From Lingula anatina (taxonomy: Eukaryota; Animalia; Brachiopoda), in assembly GCA_051362555.1 (NCBI GenBank), contig CM120641.1, forward strand, positions 19,902,001 through 19,966,000: DNA of 64,000 nt. The letters run 5' to 3'. Positions 1-26,200 of this stretch are shown here, piece by piece (positions within the stretch are counted from its first letter, which is position 1; every line of letters begins with the position of its first letter). Position numbers and translations under genes: made by a program. Under the pieces are notes generated by a model that had not been told where the DNA came from, did not search any database, and was given only the letters and a program-made list of their open reading frames with translations.

Positions 1-509
1 ACACACATCAGTCAATTATATGTTTCAATGCTGAATTCCATGGACTCTTGGTACATTAATGACTAAAACATGTAAAATACATGAATGTAATAAAGAAAAA
101 TAAAATGAAAATAGATAAATCTCAGCTTTAGAAAACTGTGTCCAAAGGTCACATGGCACAGATAATTCAATATAAATAGTCTACTATCTCTGAATCAAAT
201 GTCAACAATGACTTGAAACCTCAAAGACAAAGATCACCAGTGCAAAAAAAAAAATCATAGAGAAGCATCATTAAAGATAATAAATAGATAAATCAGTAAA
301 GACATTAAGATAAAACACTGACTCGAATTCCCTGACAATGCAATAAATTATATTCCTTTAAAATACAATTCATGCATTGGACAGCAGATTTCATATTCCA
401 TTAGTCCAACTATCTGTGTGTCTGTCTGCCTGCCTGTCTATCCATTCGCCTCTCCATCCATCTATCCACCTACCTAGATAGGTAGATACATTTATAACAT
501 GTACATTAC

Positions 510-12531
<12,022 letters not shown>

Positions 12532-14152
12532 GTTCACCAAGTGAAATCAATGGAAAACCCGACTTCCGTTTTCCTTATTTATCAGATACAGAATATAGTT
12601 CAACCTCGGCAGTAAAAAATCCAGATAAAACGTGACTCATTGTGTTTGTTTCACTTGAATTTTCAGTTTCATTGTACCATTTTCAGTTTTCTTGCATATC
12701 TGTATAAGTTACGATTACATAACGCTACAGATCCTTACTAAATTTGGGTGCCTTATATTCAATAAAAACAATATTGAGTCTTGTTTTGATCGTAGAGTCC
12801 CTCAGGTAGTCCACAACACGCACCTTACTATGCGAAATACCTTGGATGAGTGAACATTTAGGTCAATGTCAATTTACAAGTTCTCACACAATCCGCTAGA
12901 TGACAGCATAAGCATAAATCGTTTAGGCCAGATGTTATCAACTCAACTAACACATTTGTCTCGTGCGTAACTTGACTCACTGTTAATTTCTGCATGTACA
13001 AATCTTGAGAAATAAATTAAATCAGACTACAGGTAGACTACATAACTATAGTAGTATAACTAACTACATAACTATAGTATAGTATAAATACCAGAAATTT
13101 CCTAGATCTTATCATGATATAGGCCTAAGATAAAATGGAATCTTTTTAGATATAGGCCTATTACTGGATTTTTATTCCTTTTTTTTTTCAATCTGTTACT
13201 GGAATCTATTCTAGTTTATTTTGTCTCCGCGAGAGAGAAGCAACGAAGAATAATTTTTTATAGTTTATTGTAGTAGGCCTATATTCATCTGGTGGCAGTG
13301 CAGCTTACACCATAACACGAATACTATGCGTATCTCAGAAGGCGATTTTGGTATGAAATAGGCCTAAATGTCATTTTCAGTTTCATCCCCCCCCCCCCCC
13401 CCCCCCAGCTTAAATACTACTTGGTTTTATGTAGCTTTGGGGTATTTATACAAAATCAACACAAAAATTTCAGGAATACTTTAGCAAAAACATGAAATCA
13501 TGCTTTTTTTTTGTCCAAAATTTCGGGGACATTTAATAATTCACCAGCAATTTCGGTAACTTCACATAATAACTTTGGTTGTAGTCCGTAATTCCTTATA
13601 ATACGTTATAAATGTAAAGTCTAAAGAGGCAAAGTAAATACGTTGGCTTGTTAACTAATTTGATAAAGAAGTTATGTTCAAGAATCCATAGTCAGAATGT
13701 ACCTGAGCAAGCAACGAGTGAACGTTAAATGATTGAAACTGGTTATTGTTGTCAGCGTTGGATTTCCTCATAGCGATTTACACTTAAATAACCACGGAAA
13801 GTAGTATTAACACGTTATTCAGCCTAAAAGTATACAACGGTGTCCGTATTTCGAGCCTGCTTGTAATTTTCATTCATTGCTAAATTTGCGCGGTTCCGGA
13901 CACACTGAGGGTCATCATTTTGGAACAAAAGGGTTGGAATCTAATATCTCTGTTAACAATTTTGTCTTCACATCTGCTTTTATTAACTGAAATGTCATCT
14001 TTTTTCGAAAAAGGTTCTATGTAAAACCGATCGCAATCTCGACCTTAACTAGGAGAGGGTTTAAAATATGTATATAAAAAAAGCGTCAGTGCTGAATCCA
14101 GGTGAAATTGTCGAGCTCGGCTACAGTATCTGTTTTCAGAAGAGTTATACAC

Positions 14153-14189
<37 letters not shown>
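14153..14189. repeat. (TAA)n microsatellite
   Basis: Direct reading of about 12 TAA units. Confidence 0.95.
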
Positions 14190-14190
<1 letters not shown>

Positions 14191-15059
14191 TCTCAGTTCT
14201 TAGCAAGACCCCCCGATGTAATTTGCGAAAAAAAAAGAGCAAACAACATTGAGTAAATATTTCCCTTTGAAATAGGTATTAAATTCTACCGTGAATCAAT
14301 TATAGATTTGTTTGATAGAAAAACGTCATTTTGAATAAGACTGCTCAAATTTCTTGATTTTAAATGGTTGATAAATGATTGAACACAAATGATGTGTGAA
14401 AACTAAAAAAAAACATTATTTCTGGCGATGAATAGGTACCTACGTCAGTTCGATTTGAAAGACGGCCAGATTGAGAGGCTCTGTCGTTGAAAGCGTTTAA
14501 TTTTCGATCATACAAATAACAGTTACAAATGCAAAAGAAACATCTTTCTGAGTGAGATTAGTCTCTTTATCTCCATTTTAAAGTCCCGACATCACAAACC
14601 TTACTGGGCCTAATTGTTCACCATTTATTCGTCTATCTATTTAATGTAAGTATTAATTCAGCAAAACACAGCAAGAAAGGAACTCTTACCTAATGTGTTA
14701 AAGACTGAGCTTAACTAATATCCCATAAGACATTAGACAGGAATATTAACTACCAGTTTATTTGTCTTATCTTTTATCATGATTACACTCCATAAGGTAG
14801 ATCAAAATGTACTGTAAGTTTATGATAAACTACTGGAAAAAGGCTAAGAAATCTTCTTTACAGACGGGTCCAGAATTTTGCTGGGAAGCCGAGGGGGGGG
14901 GGGGGCAGGGATAATGATATTGTCTCACTTTATCCTGCAACTAAAATGGTAGAAAATCTACACCAGGTCAATAATAATTTAATATCGCAGGAATGGAGGC
15001 TTCTGATTTCTCTCTCTTTTTACATGTTATATATTTTTCTTTCGAAGGAGGAGGGGGAG

Positions 15060-15108
15060 AGTAAAAGAGTAAGCGTAAAAGAGTAAGTGTAAAAGAGTAA
15101 GCGTAAAA
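15060..15108. repeat. 14-bp minisatellite (gtaaaagagtaagc)
   Basis: About 3.5 copies visible. Confidence 0.8.
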
Positions 15109-16071
15109 ATTGAAAAATACCAAGAAGTCTGCTGCAGTTTAGTGTGTATCGCCGGGTGTACTTGTTTTGTTTCTTTGGCACACAAAAACATAACAAAACA
15201 AAAACGTTGGAAACATCTAATAGGGTATATTGATTTCTTGTTTTGGAGATAACATACTTGGTTAAAATAAAAATGTCACATTGTACGCCCTAACTACTGC
15301 CTAGAAACATTGTCTTAGTTCACGTAAATTGAGTTGTAAATCAAACGGAGAGGGTTATTTATTTGTAGGTCCTATTTATAACAGGTTTGCATGAAAGTCA
15401 AAAGATGCGATTTCTTAGTAAGTTCTTTAGTAGTTCTTTTTTATCAGTTTGCATTATTTGATGTGGATTTTTTATTATAAAAACGCTACGATACAACACC
15501 CAAATTCGTTATTTTGTCAAGAGGCTCATACTGTAAACGGGAATGAAAGAGAAATTCAGGCAGTTAACCCCATAAGCCACCGGAGACAGTACAAAAAAGT
15601 TTGCCCAGCTGAAAAAAATAAAAAAAGAAGAAAAAACATGGGACGATTCATGTACCCACCCCCTTGGATATGACAGAATGCTAAAGTCAGATTATTCACC
15701 ACCCGTGCACTTAGTTTATTAAAAAGTAAACGTGAATCTTATCACGGGGAGGATACGCATTGTTCGGAATAGCCTCGAAGTCGCAGCCAGCTTTCGTTGC
15801 ACATTCCCACACTCACTGCTGTCGACCCGCTATGACTACGGAGCCAAGTTTTTGAACTCGTGTAAGCTAGCGCATCTTCTTCTTCTCCTGCGGAAGACTC
15901 CACCGTAACTCTTTGGACACTTGTCTTATCTCAACCGGGAGCTGAGTGTCATACAATGAGAACAGACAAGCAAAGGCAGGAGATGTTAATTCTGACGAAC
16001 TTGACATGAATGAAAACTACTGATACTATTACTAGGAAGCTCGGCGGCGTTGCTTATTTCACCGCAACACA

Positions 16072-17246
16072 ATGGCCTCTGTGTATTTCATAGGGGCTTT
16101 TCTCCTGCTAACGTTGAGCTCTTTCCTGAGGATAAATTGCAGAGTTATTGCTGGTACGTATGGAAAATAACATTCGATACAAATGCCAAGTAAAATGCAG
16201 TGAAGTACACATTTGTTTCAATTGTTGTTTTTTTACATTTTTGGGGGGTAGGGGCCTACTCAACTCGACAGTACTGTAGTCCGTGTATATTAGCGACCGT
16301 CTTTTGCATTTTCAACTAATGATAACGTTTTGGTACTTACATTGTAATACTTTGACTTTTGTTTTAATACGCATTGCGATACGGACTTGAGATGCTGAAA
16401 GGGGTGTGGTTGAGTTATGGTGGGAGTGGGGTGGGGTGTGAATAGGTGCATCAGCTGGTTTATCTTTGAAAATAACATTGAAATACATTCTCTCTGTCTC
16501 CCTCTCCCTTAATTGACTTTCAAGCTTGTTTATATTTTGGATCTAACAGAACAAGTATTTCCTAAAGATAATATTCATAGTATTAATCTACAGGGCCAAA
16601 ACAAAAGCTTTGCCTATTCCAGCCTCAAAAAAGAGGTAAAACATCCAAACCATTATTTGTAGCCAAATGTTAACAACTTACACTAAACTAACCTCATAGG
16701 TGCTTGCCAAAACAGATTTCACACAAAAAATTATTTGCTGTAGTTGAAGTCAATTTTAGTAAAAAAAAATAAATAGTAAAATATATATATGTAAATGATT
16801 GCATATTTGAAATTTTTTCCAATCCCTTTTGAGAATTTATTTAACTGAAATAAGTATGAAAAGTTTTTTTTTTGAAATGGCTCCAAAACATGGGGACCTA
16901 CTTGTATGCTAAGAATATGTTTTATACTTTCATTAAGTTTACACATTTAAATATTTTATTTTCAATTTTATTAGCAAACAAGAACAACCTTCCCATAGTT
17001 TATTTAGTTTGTAACTCTGTACCATGAAGTTTTATTATGTTTACTTTGCGTAACTTATGATATCTCTGACATGATGTGATATATTTGCTGTTTGAAATGG
17101 AAAGGTTTATAGTACACAGTAATAACATTTAAGTTGCTGTTTATTATATGACAAAGGGAAAACCGTACATTTTAATAGCTATTAAGGAATCATTTATTGA
17201 TAAACTGTTTAGTGACAATTTTTACTTCTATAATATGAAAACTGCC

Positions 17247-17288
<42 letters not shown>

Positions 17289-20200
17289 GCACTCTGCCAC
17301 AAAAATGAGAGTATTTAACTAGAATTATGCCAGACTAGTTTATATAGTCATATTAACTTCACACATGTTGAAGCACACTAGTTAATCACTTCAAGTGGAT
17401 CCTTATCTGTTAACAAACAATGTTGGGATAGAGAACTCTAGTTGCTTATCACTTAGGTAATTGCTGAATAATTGGAATTAATGACCTATTGATTAGACTT
17501 TGAAGAAGGTATTTTTGGTTATTGAAAAAGGGCATTTTTTAAGTCTCCAAACAACTTAAAATCTCAGCTATTAGCTTTTTATCATTGCACAATTTCAAAT
17601 AATAGCAAGACATTCAAGTCTGTAGAGGCTTTTTAAAGTTGATTGCTTTCTTGTGAACATATTTGATTGTGGCACTTAGTAAATTGAATTTTCTTACAAT
17701 TCTTGATGAATTGTACTGTGGAAAAATGTCATGTGGGCCTTGAACTGCAGAAAGGTATGACCTTGTGCAAGTGTATAGAATTGCTTATTTGATATATTAT
17801 TACTGGACCATCAAATGTTAAATGTAAAGAATTATTTTTCAAATGGTCAACATTTCACTTTTAAAGATACACACAGATTTTGTTATCACAAAGTGGGCAC
17901 TTTAAGTGTCCTGGTGTGTAATAATTGACTTGCAGATATATAATACACATCTAAAATAAATGTTAACTCAAGCCCAAACAAATTTACATGTCCAGTTAAA
18001 AGTTTGTGCTGGAAGGAAAATGCTGTTAATATTTATTGGTCACCAGGAAGTAACAGGATGCATTCCTCAGGTGAAAACTAGCCTTCAGAAAGACTATTGA
18101 AGATATAAATCAATTTCTTTGTCAGATTGCTGAATGAGGGCCATTTTGTATGTCCACATTTCCCAATGCCTAGGACAAGATGGTAAATATAATGTGGATG
18201 TTTGCAAATGTAGAAAATCAAGATATTAGCCAACTGTCTGTCTAGGTGAAGACAGTTTCTTTCCTAACTCAAAGGTGGATTGTTTACTTAATTAAAGTAG
18301 TTGTTTACCCAGTGCCAACATAAGTGGTGTTTGTACACACTACTCTATAAAACTGGATACAAAAGACAGCTAGTTCATACCCTGGCATTGCTGACAGAAA
18401 TTGGTGTTTATGATTGCAGGGCCCCTACAGCTGTAGTAATTTGAAAAATTCCCACAATTCACATGTGAATATCAGAAAAAAGGGCATTGGATCATGGTTG
18501 TCTGATTCTAGTTTGTATTCAAGGAAGCATTAACATGGTTTATAGCTATTTGATTTCTAAATAAGCTAAACAAAAAGAGATTGTGATTTGTAATGGTGTG
18601 ATATTGGAAATATGAGGCTATGAAATACATGTAAGGCTCACTGGAAAGGATCAATGCACAGTTTCATTTTGAAGAATCGTGATACAGATCTATATATAGG
18701 TGTTTTGATCAGAAGTACATGTGCACATAACCACAAAGTTCTTAAGTCTTCTAAAAAACTTCCGTGTTCCCTTATAAAGTGGGTAGTATAACAAAGCTTA
18801 TGCTGTAGTTCAACTGCCCCTTTTCAGAGTAGACATTGTTTTCTTGTTGCCATGACTTAAGTTTATTACACTTTTCAAACATAGTAAATGGGTTAAATGT
18901 TTTGAAGTAAAACTTGGACCTTGGAAGTATATGTATCCAGTTACTTGTATTTGATATTGTGTCCTCATTTTTCTTAGGGTATTGAATGTAAAAATATTAC
19001 ATTCATCAAAAGAGTACATTCAGAATTGTGGAATTAAAAGTAAACATCAGCAGTACTTAAATCAAGTGTCCATTTGGACCAGTTAAAGGAAAGTTTTTTA
19101 AAGAGTAATAGTAGTACATATATAGAGTAGGAAGAACAATTAGTGGGTCTGCTGGAGCAAATTTAGATATTTTTACCCATGATTGTGTGGGAAATTTATA
19201 TGTAAAATTAAACTGGAGCATCTTAAAATAGTCATATTGCCTGATTGATTAAGTGCAGTTTAAAATGTTGTTTGATTCCATGGTACACCAGCTGATAAAA
19301 ATCCTAGATGTTTGTTAAGGATCAAAACTTTGAAGTGAAGTAATGTTGACATAAACGATTAATAGTGATTAGGATGATAATATTCATATTAAGATAGTTG
19401 CAACAACAATAATGATGATAAAAGATCGGTTGTCATAATATCTGCTCAAATTATTGACCACTGGAGGTATGTGTTATGAAAAATTAATATGTATGCGCAG
19501 CAGAGATGGTGATACATACAGTTATTTGCAGCAAGTAAAGATTCACCATGGTGTTTGAGTTCTACAATCAATTATTATTGATTGTTATCATGAATTCAAA
19601 ATTCATTCAAGGAAATGCAATGCTGCAGTGTTTTCATGGAATTATAAGAGTGAAATTGACATTTGGTATTTTATGTGATTTAGGAAAAGTATTCAAAACA
19701 CTAACAACATTTTATGGCATTTGAGTATCTTGCAACAAAATATCACAGCCTGTGCCTTAAAAAATTTGAACTATGAAAGAGAACACCACCCTTTTATAGT
19801 GAAGCCAAATAAATTGAAAGAAAAATATTTGGATGGTACTGATTTGAGACAAGGTTATTTTAACTTTTCCAATATACACAAGATTTTGTTTTGCTCTGAA
19901 TTACTTATGAAAATATACGGTGATTTGTTATATCAAATTTTTAATGAAGGACGATAATATTCATATTTTTAATTTTTTTATTTTTAATGAAAATGGGGTT
20001 ATTTTCACTTCCCTCTCCAAAATACACAAGATTTTGTTTTTGTTTTGTTTTGCAAGACTTGTAGAAAATTATGGTGATTTATTCTTTTTTCAGCCACTCC
20101 TTTGACTTCAGCTATTCGCCATTATGAGCCATTATATTATGATGTAGAAAGCCTTCATGCAGAACATCACAGAGTGAAGAGATCCAGCCAGAAAAATATT

Positions 20201-23200
20201 GTATGGGAACTCTCAGCACATGGAAAGTAAGATCCTGTTCCAAGCCATTTGCCAACTTTCCCTATCACAGCAATAAATACTGGATGTTTTAGTGAGACTT
20301 GCCTAGATTAAAAAAAAATACTTGGAAAAGCAATATTTTACAAAATAACTATTGCTTTTGTTTTATGTTGTGAAAAGTAAGAGTATTGCCAGGAGAAAAA
20401 AAAAAGAGCTAGAAGCTATGTTATTTATTATGAGATGATTAAATGGCTCTTAGGGATGAGTTAGAATTTCACCCAAAGGAAAAAATATTCAATATTGAAA
20501 AAAAAAGTAAGAGAAAAAAGCAACAAAAGCAAATTTCCAGAAAACAATTAAAATTTTTGAATTGTGTAGTTGAAAAAATATTTTTTTAAAAATTTGTTTA
20601 CAGAAAAATGAAGATTATTTTGAAAAGGGATACCTCCATCTTCACCAATGACCTAGTTGTGGAGACATCAGAGGGACCTGTACATTGGGACATTTCCAGA
20701 GTGTATGTGGGACATGTATTAGGTAAGGTGCAACAATAAAATTTTTTAATTTTTTCATCAATTCGTGTATATTGAGAAAAGATAGAGTTTGGACAATTCT
20801 TCTGCAAAATATAAGTACATTTTACATTGAAGCATATCCCGAATTTATTTATTTATTTATTTTTTATTTATTTATTTTTTAATTAAGTTTTTGTAGTAGA
20901 TAAGAATAGGTTTTTCTCACCAGCCTTGTACAGGAGCCATTTTCATTCAACAGTTTCATATCAATATTTGTAGAAGACCATGTAAAAAAGGACTGATATA
21001 AACAGATGTAACCAGTCCAAAGCATATTCTTTATCCTTATTTTTCACTTTAAAGGGATTGCTTTAATGTCAATATCTATAGTATGCTTAAGCAGAGGTCT
21101 TCTCACACAAAGTTATTTTATGTATTTTTATTTTGTCATCTTTAAGCCTTTCCTGAATCAAATCCTTTTAACAAATCTCTTTTTAAGTCTGACGTGTCTG
21201 ATGTTTTATGAGATTCTGGAAACTTTTAATCAAAAATACCAATTTATATTTATGCTCAGTTATTTAACTTCACATTTGCTTTAAATCTGATGGATTTAAA
21301 ACAAGGACAGCAGATTTATACCAAGAGGAACATGTTTGTTTAGTGGATTTTGTTGTGCCAAGTTTATCATTTAGCTGCAGGATGGAGCTTGAAAATGGAA
21401 AAATGCTTAATGGCCATTTGGATTACCGTTGATAGCCAGTGTTTGAGATAAGTCCTGCGATAATACGGTCATTTATTATCAGGTTTTTCATTTCTCTGTC
21501 ATTAAACTGTGGTTGAGCAGTATGGTAAGCTGTGGTTCAATATTGGTTTAAGCTTATTGTGCTTTTGTTGTGACTGTAATAATATTGTGTCTGCAACAAT
21601 TTAAAAGACCACCTAGGCATTTTTTCTTCTTTTCCCTGTAGATCGATTAACAAAGAGACAAAAAGGCTATTCATATCAGATTGTTTCTGTAGATCGCGGT
21701 GCTCTTAACAAATTATTTATTATGGTAAAGACTAGATTTTTTCAATGGGTAAAATTGTGAATTTTACAGATACTTTTTTAAAATCATGAATTATTAAAAG
21801 TATAACATTTTGAGTGAGTGATAGCAAAAAAAAAAAATGAAAAACAGGATAGTCTGTAGTTCTATTTTGTATAGTAAAAACATATAAAGCATAATTGCTG
21901 TTTTCTAATACAAGCCTTAGATTTTGGAACACAAATGCACAAATTAACCATCCCATTCACAAATTAACTTCCCCAACGTAGAATTACTTGACATGAGCTT
22001 AGTGTTTCAAAGCATGCACAATTTGGCCAGCAACTTGGCCACAATTTTTTCACCTGCTACACCTGTCGCCTACGAGGGACGATACCCGAATGACAGGTTG
22101 AGCTCACGGTCGTTGTACAAAATTTGTCCCAGGTATAATACTATGAAATGCATACTAATACACACTTTGAATACAGGTAGCTGACTCCTATCTACCGGTG
22201 AATTCAGGATCATTTGCCTGGTAGTTGGGAGGCCTGTAGTCTGGTAGTTGGGTAGGCCTGGCTGTGGCAAGTAATTATATGTTGGGTTAGTTAATTGGTG
22301 ACTGGAGTCTTTAATTTTGGCATTTGTTCTTCCAAATCTGAGACTTATGTTAAAAAACACCTAATCTTATAAGGGCTGCCAATGCTATATAGAAATATAT
22401 ATTTTTTGTGATATCAACATTTTGTACCCGAACAATTAATAATGAAAGCTTTAGCTGTTAATCAAATAAAGATTGTACAGCTGCTAACTCCTTGGTCAAA
22501 TGAAATGAGAAACTAAGGATGACACAACGCCGGCCGGCCAGTGCCAACAGGGATTCCTGGTGCCAGGTGGAGTGGCCTATCAGCCCACCTGTGTGATTTT
22601 TTTAAATAGACTTATAGACTAATTCTTTTCGTATTGTGTCTTATATCATAAATTGGTGACTCTAAGTAATATATCTTGTCTTTCACAAAATCAACAGGCA
22701 TAGTGATAGTGCAAACAGTACTATAAAGTTCCCTTTGATATCTCAGTGTAGCTACTCGTTACACAACAAAAAAATTGTTCCTGCACTAGCCAGGTTTTTG
22801 AGATACTGATAATCGAGGCTTGAAATTGTTCTGTGTCAATACTCCAAAAGTAAGTCGCTTGTGTTGTCCCACTTTTGTTTACATTGATTTCTTCCTTAGA
22901 ATCCATGATAAATGCTTAAGAGCATTTCCACTTCAAAGCATCTCCTATTTTGATAGTGACATTTATATATGGTCACAAAGTGCAAGGATGGGAGTTTTTC
23001 TCATTTTTCTTTCTTGGATTTTCTCCTATTTTGTGTGTGTTTTTACCACCACCCCCCAAAAAAAGCTTTGAAGTTTTGAAAGTTAGTTGAATCTGCATAT
23101 ATTATTTAAAAAAGTGATTGTTCAAAGGGAAGTGGGAGGATTTTCTTTCATTTCAACAGTCTGTGTTCCCATTCCTGATAGCTTTAACTGCTCCATAGAA

Positions 23201-26200
23201 ATATTGATTTTGTCCCCACTACCATGCACCATTGAAATGGATTATTTATAGATATAAACCATTTCAGAACCTTTTCAATACCTTAACTTCTTGCATTATG
23301 TATGGGTGGGTTGTTTGGCAAGTGCTAGATTGATTTATGGTTTGTTCTTGAAAATGTGAATCAATGCAGGAAGAGGATTCATACTTGGATAATAGAAACT
23401 CTTAGAGCTTTAAGATTCACAGTACTTTTAATGAACTGTATGAATTCCCATTGTTTTTCACATATTGCTATTAAGAGGCACATTTATGAGAACTGTTTAT
23501 GCTTATGGCAGTGCGAATCAATACTGAGAGGAAAATTATACCCGGAAAATACAGAACATTTCAAATCCCTGGATCTTAAATTGGCTGCTTGTAATACCAC
23601 TTGTATTTTATATTTATGATGTAGACACAATTATCTTACAAAAACCCTGATGTGCAAAGGCATTCAGTAAGTTAAAAATTTTAAATATTACACTGTGTAG
23701 TAAAACATGGTCACCATGGCATGGGCAAAATATTGAAGGCTGGGCCCTTAAGTGCCATTAGACATAAAAAATTCTATAAATTTAGACTGTTTTGACAGCT
23801 GTAAACATTGGACCTTAGTTAAATAGAATGCTGATAAAGGTTATTACACAGTTCATTTTATTTTACTGTTGATAAACAGGGTTTCTGTTTTCACATTATT
23901 TAAGGGTTCTTGATGCATTTTTGCAATTTTCTTTTAGGAACCGCAGTGTTTTAGAAACAAACTTTCAGACTTTCATTTGGGATTTCCAGATAACCCAAGT
24001 TGAAAAGTAATTGGAGGCATTAATGGCAAAAAGTTAAAAGCTTATGAATAAGCATTATGAATCTTTTCCTTTCGTGTTTCTGCTTAAAATTACCAATTAC
24101 CTTATTTATTTTAGATGATGACACTTCCTATGTCCATGGAGTGATAACAAAAAATGGCCTCTTTGAGGGAAAAATAACCACCAAAGATGACCAGTACATG
24201 ATAGAGCAATCCAAACGTTTTTTCAAAGACCCTCAGAAATTCCATTCTGTTATATATAAAGCAGGTGATGTGAAGGATTTTGAACAGGGGTGTAAATCAA
24301 AAGCATTGTTGCAAAAAATTCAAAGTAAACTAAAACCCGAAGGAGTTGACAGGCCACAGTCAGAAATGAGTGTTGAAGGAAATTTCCATGATCATAAGGA
24401 TTTTGATGAAAAAGACAAATATACCAAAGTGTATCAGCGTTTTAAGAGGACTATAGTTCCGTCCAAGACTGAATGTGCGATATACATGCAAGCTGATCAT
24501 TTGTACTATCAGAAACAAAACAGTGATGTGCATGCAGTGATTGAACAGATCACAAATCACGTCCAGGCTGTCAATCAGATCTATGCATCTATTGGTAAGT
24601 ACAAATCTGCTTTTAATTTTCTTTTTTATTGTGATTTACTGTATAAAAAGCCTGTAAATTAAGATTTTTTGTTTGCTTGATCTAAATAAAGAATTTTCTT
24701 TAAATTGTTGCTTACTTTGTAGAATTTTGTTTAATTGCTCCATTTATGTATATATTTTTTCTTTTTTAGAATTAAATCATTAGTTGATTAGGTTAACAAG
24801 TTAATGGCTCTTTTCAGACTTTGACTCTAATGGATCACCTGATGGTATCAATATGAAAATCAAGAGAATAAAAGTCCACACTGACCCCAATGCAATAGGG
24901 TATAAATTTGATGGAAACTATGGCGTGGAAAAATTTCTTCAGAAGTTTTCAGAGGATAACTACACTTCATATTGTCTTGCCTATATGATGACACACAGAG
25001 ATTTCAATGACGGGACCCTTGGGTTGGCTTGGACAGGGAATTTGACTCTGGCTGGGGGTGTTTGTGAAAAATATGCAGTAAGTATTCACAGGAAGTGGAT
25101 GCATGATTATATCTTTTATTATTTATTGGGTTTGTATATTTTCTTACTGATTTGATTTCAACAAAAATTATAGCCATATCTCATCTATCTCCATTACGTT
25201 ACATACTATTTGATTTTTGCAATTAAAAAATTTCAAACATGGCGTATTTAAATCAAGTAGTGGTTATCAGTTATGCTACTCATGTTATTCTTCTGCATAA
25301 AATAACTCTCCTGTGCCATAAGAATTTATTCTAGACAATAAATCAGTATTTAGTCTTTCATTTCAGATATTTTCAGGAAGTAATGCCAAATTATTTTTAA
25401 ATCTTCTCATTTCAGATATTTTCTGGAAGTTATGCCAGTCTCAATACAGGGATTGTCACCACACTGAATATGGGCAGTGATGTCCCTCCCATTGTCTCCC
25501 ATGTCACATTGGCCCATGAGATAGGACATAACATGGGATCAGATGTATGGAGATTTATGATAAAAATTTTCTTCAACTAATTGAAATTTGTTTAAATACA
25601 GTACAAATATATGTGCTATGGAAGATATTTGTATTTCAGTCATTAGTGGCATAAAGATTGTGCTTTTATGGCATAGCTTTTAGGTTTCTTTACAAATATT
25701 TTGACACACAACCATCAACATTTCTCATCTTGTACATGTTGTCATACAACCATTTACATGTTGCATTTAGATAAATAAGATTCAAAAAGGTTTTAAAAAA
25801 TTATTATAGTATTTTTTTTAAATTTATTTTAGTATTATATATTCAGTTAATTAACTCTGTTTTTTTTAAATATATTTCAGCAATGTATATTTGATGAGAT
25901 TAGTATATTTAGATGTTATTTATTTTAGCATGACCCAGAAACCAACAGTAGCTGTGTCCCGGGGAATCCAAATGGGAATTTTATTATGTATGCAAGGTCC
26001 ACATCTGGAGACAAGACCAATAACAACCGGTTCAGCCCCTGCAGCATAGCCATGATGGGGCCAGTCATGGAGAAAAAGGCGAGAGGGACAGATGGCTGCT
26101 TTACTGGTAAGTTGATTTCACATTATGATTTTTAGATATTATTTAGGTGCATATAACTAATATTAAAAATGTTGATGTTGACCTTGTATGATTTGAAAGC

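Larger units (their letters stand above)
12532..16071. promoter_or_regulatory. Divergent intergenic/promoter region between the MEGF-like gene and ADAM10
   Basis: The genes are head-to-head and the region is CpG-rich relative to flanking introns. An ETS-like acttccg (CGGAAGT on minus) sits at ~12562-12568, next to the first MEGF-like exon. Confidence 0.5.

Noticed and set aside
19853-20082. Degenerate direct repeat upstream of ADAM10 exon 2
   Set aside because: Old local intronic duplication; the upstream copy does not include the acceptor or exon.
21960-22600. CpG-containing patches and short ORFs in ADAM10 intron 3
   Set aside because: Possibly decayed repeat fragments, but I could not identify termini, domains or splice logic.
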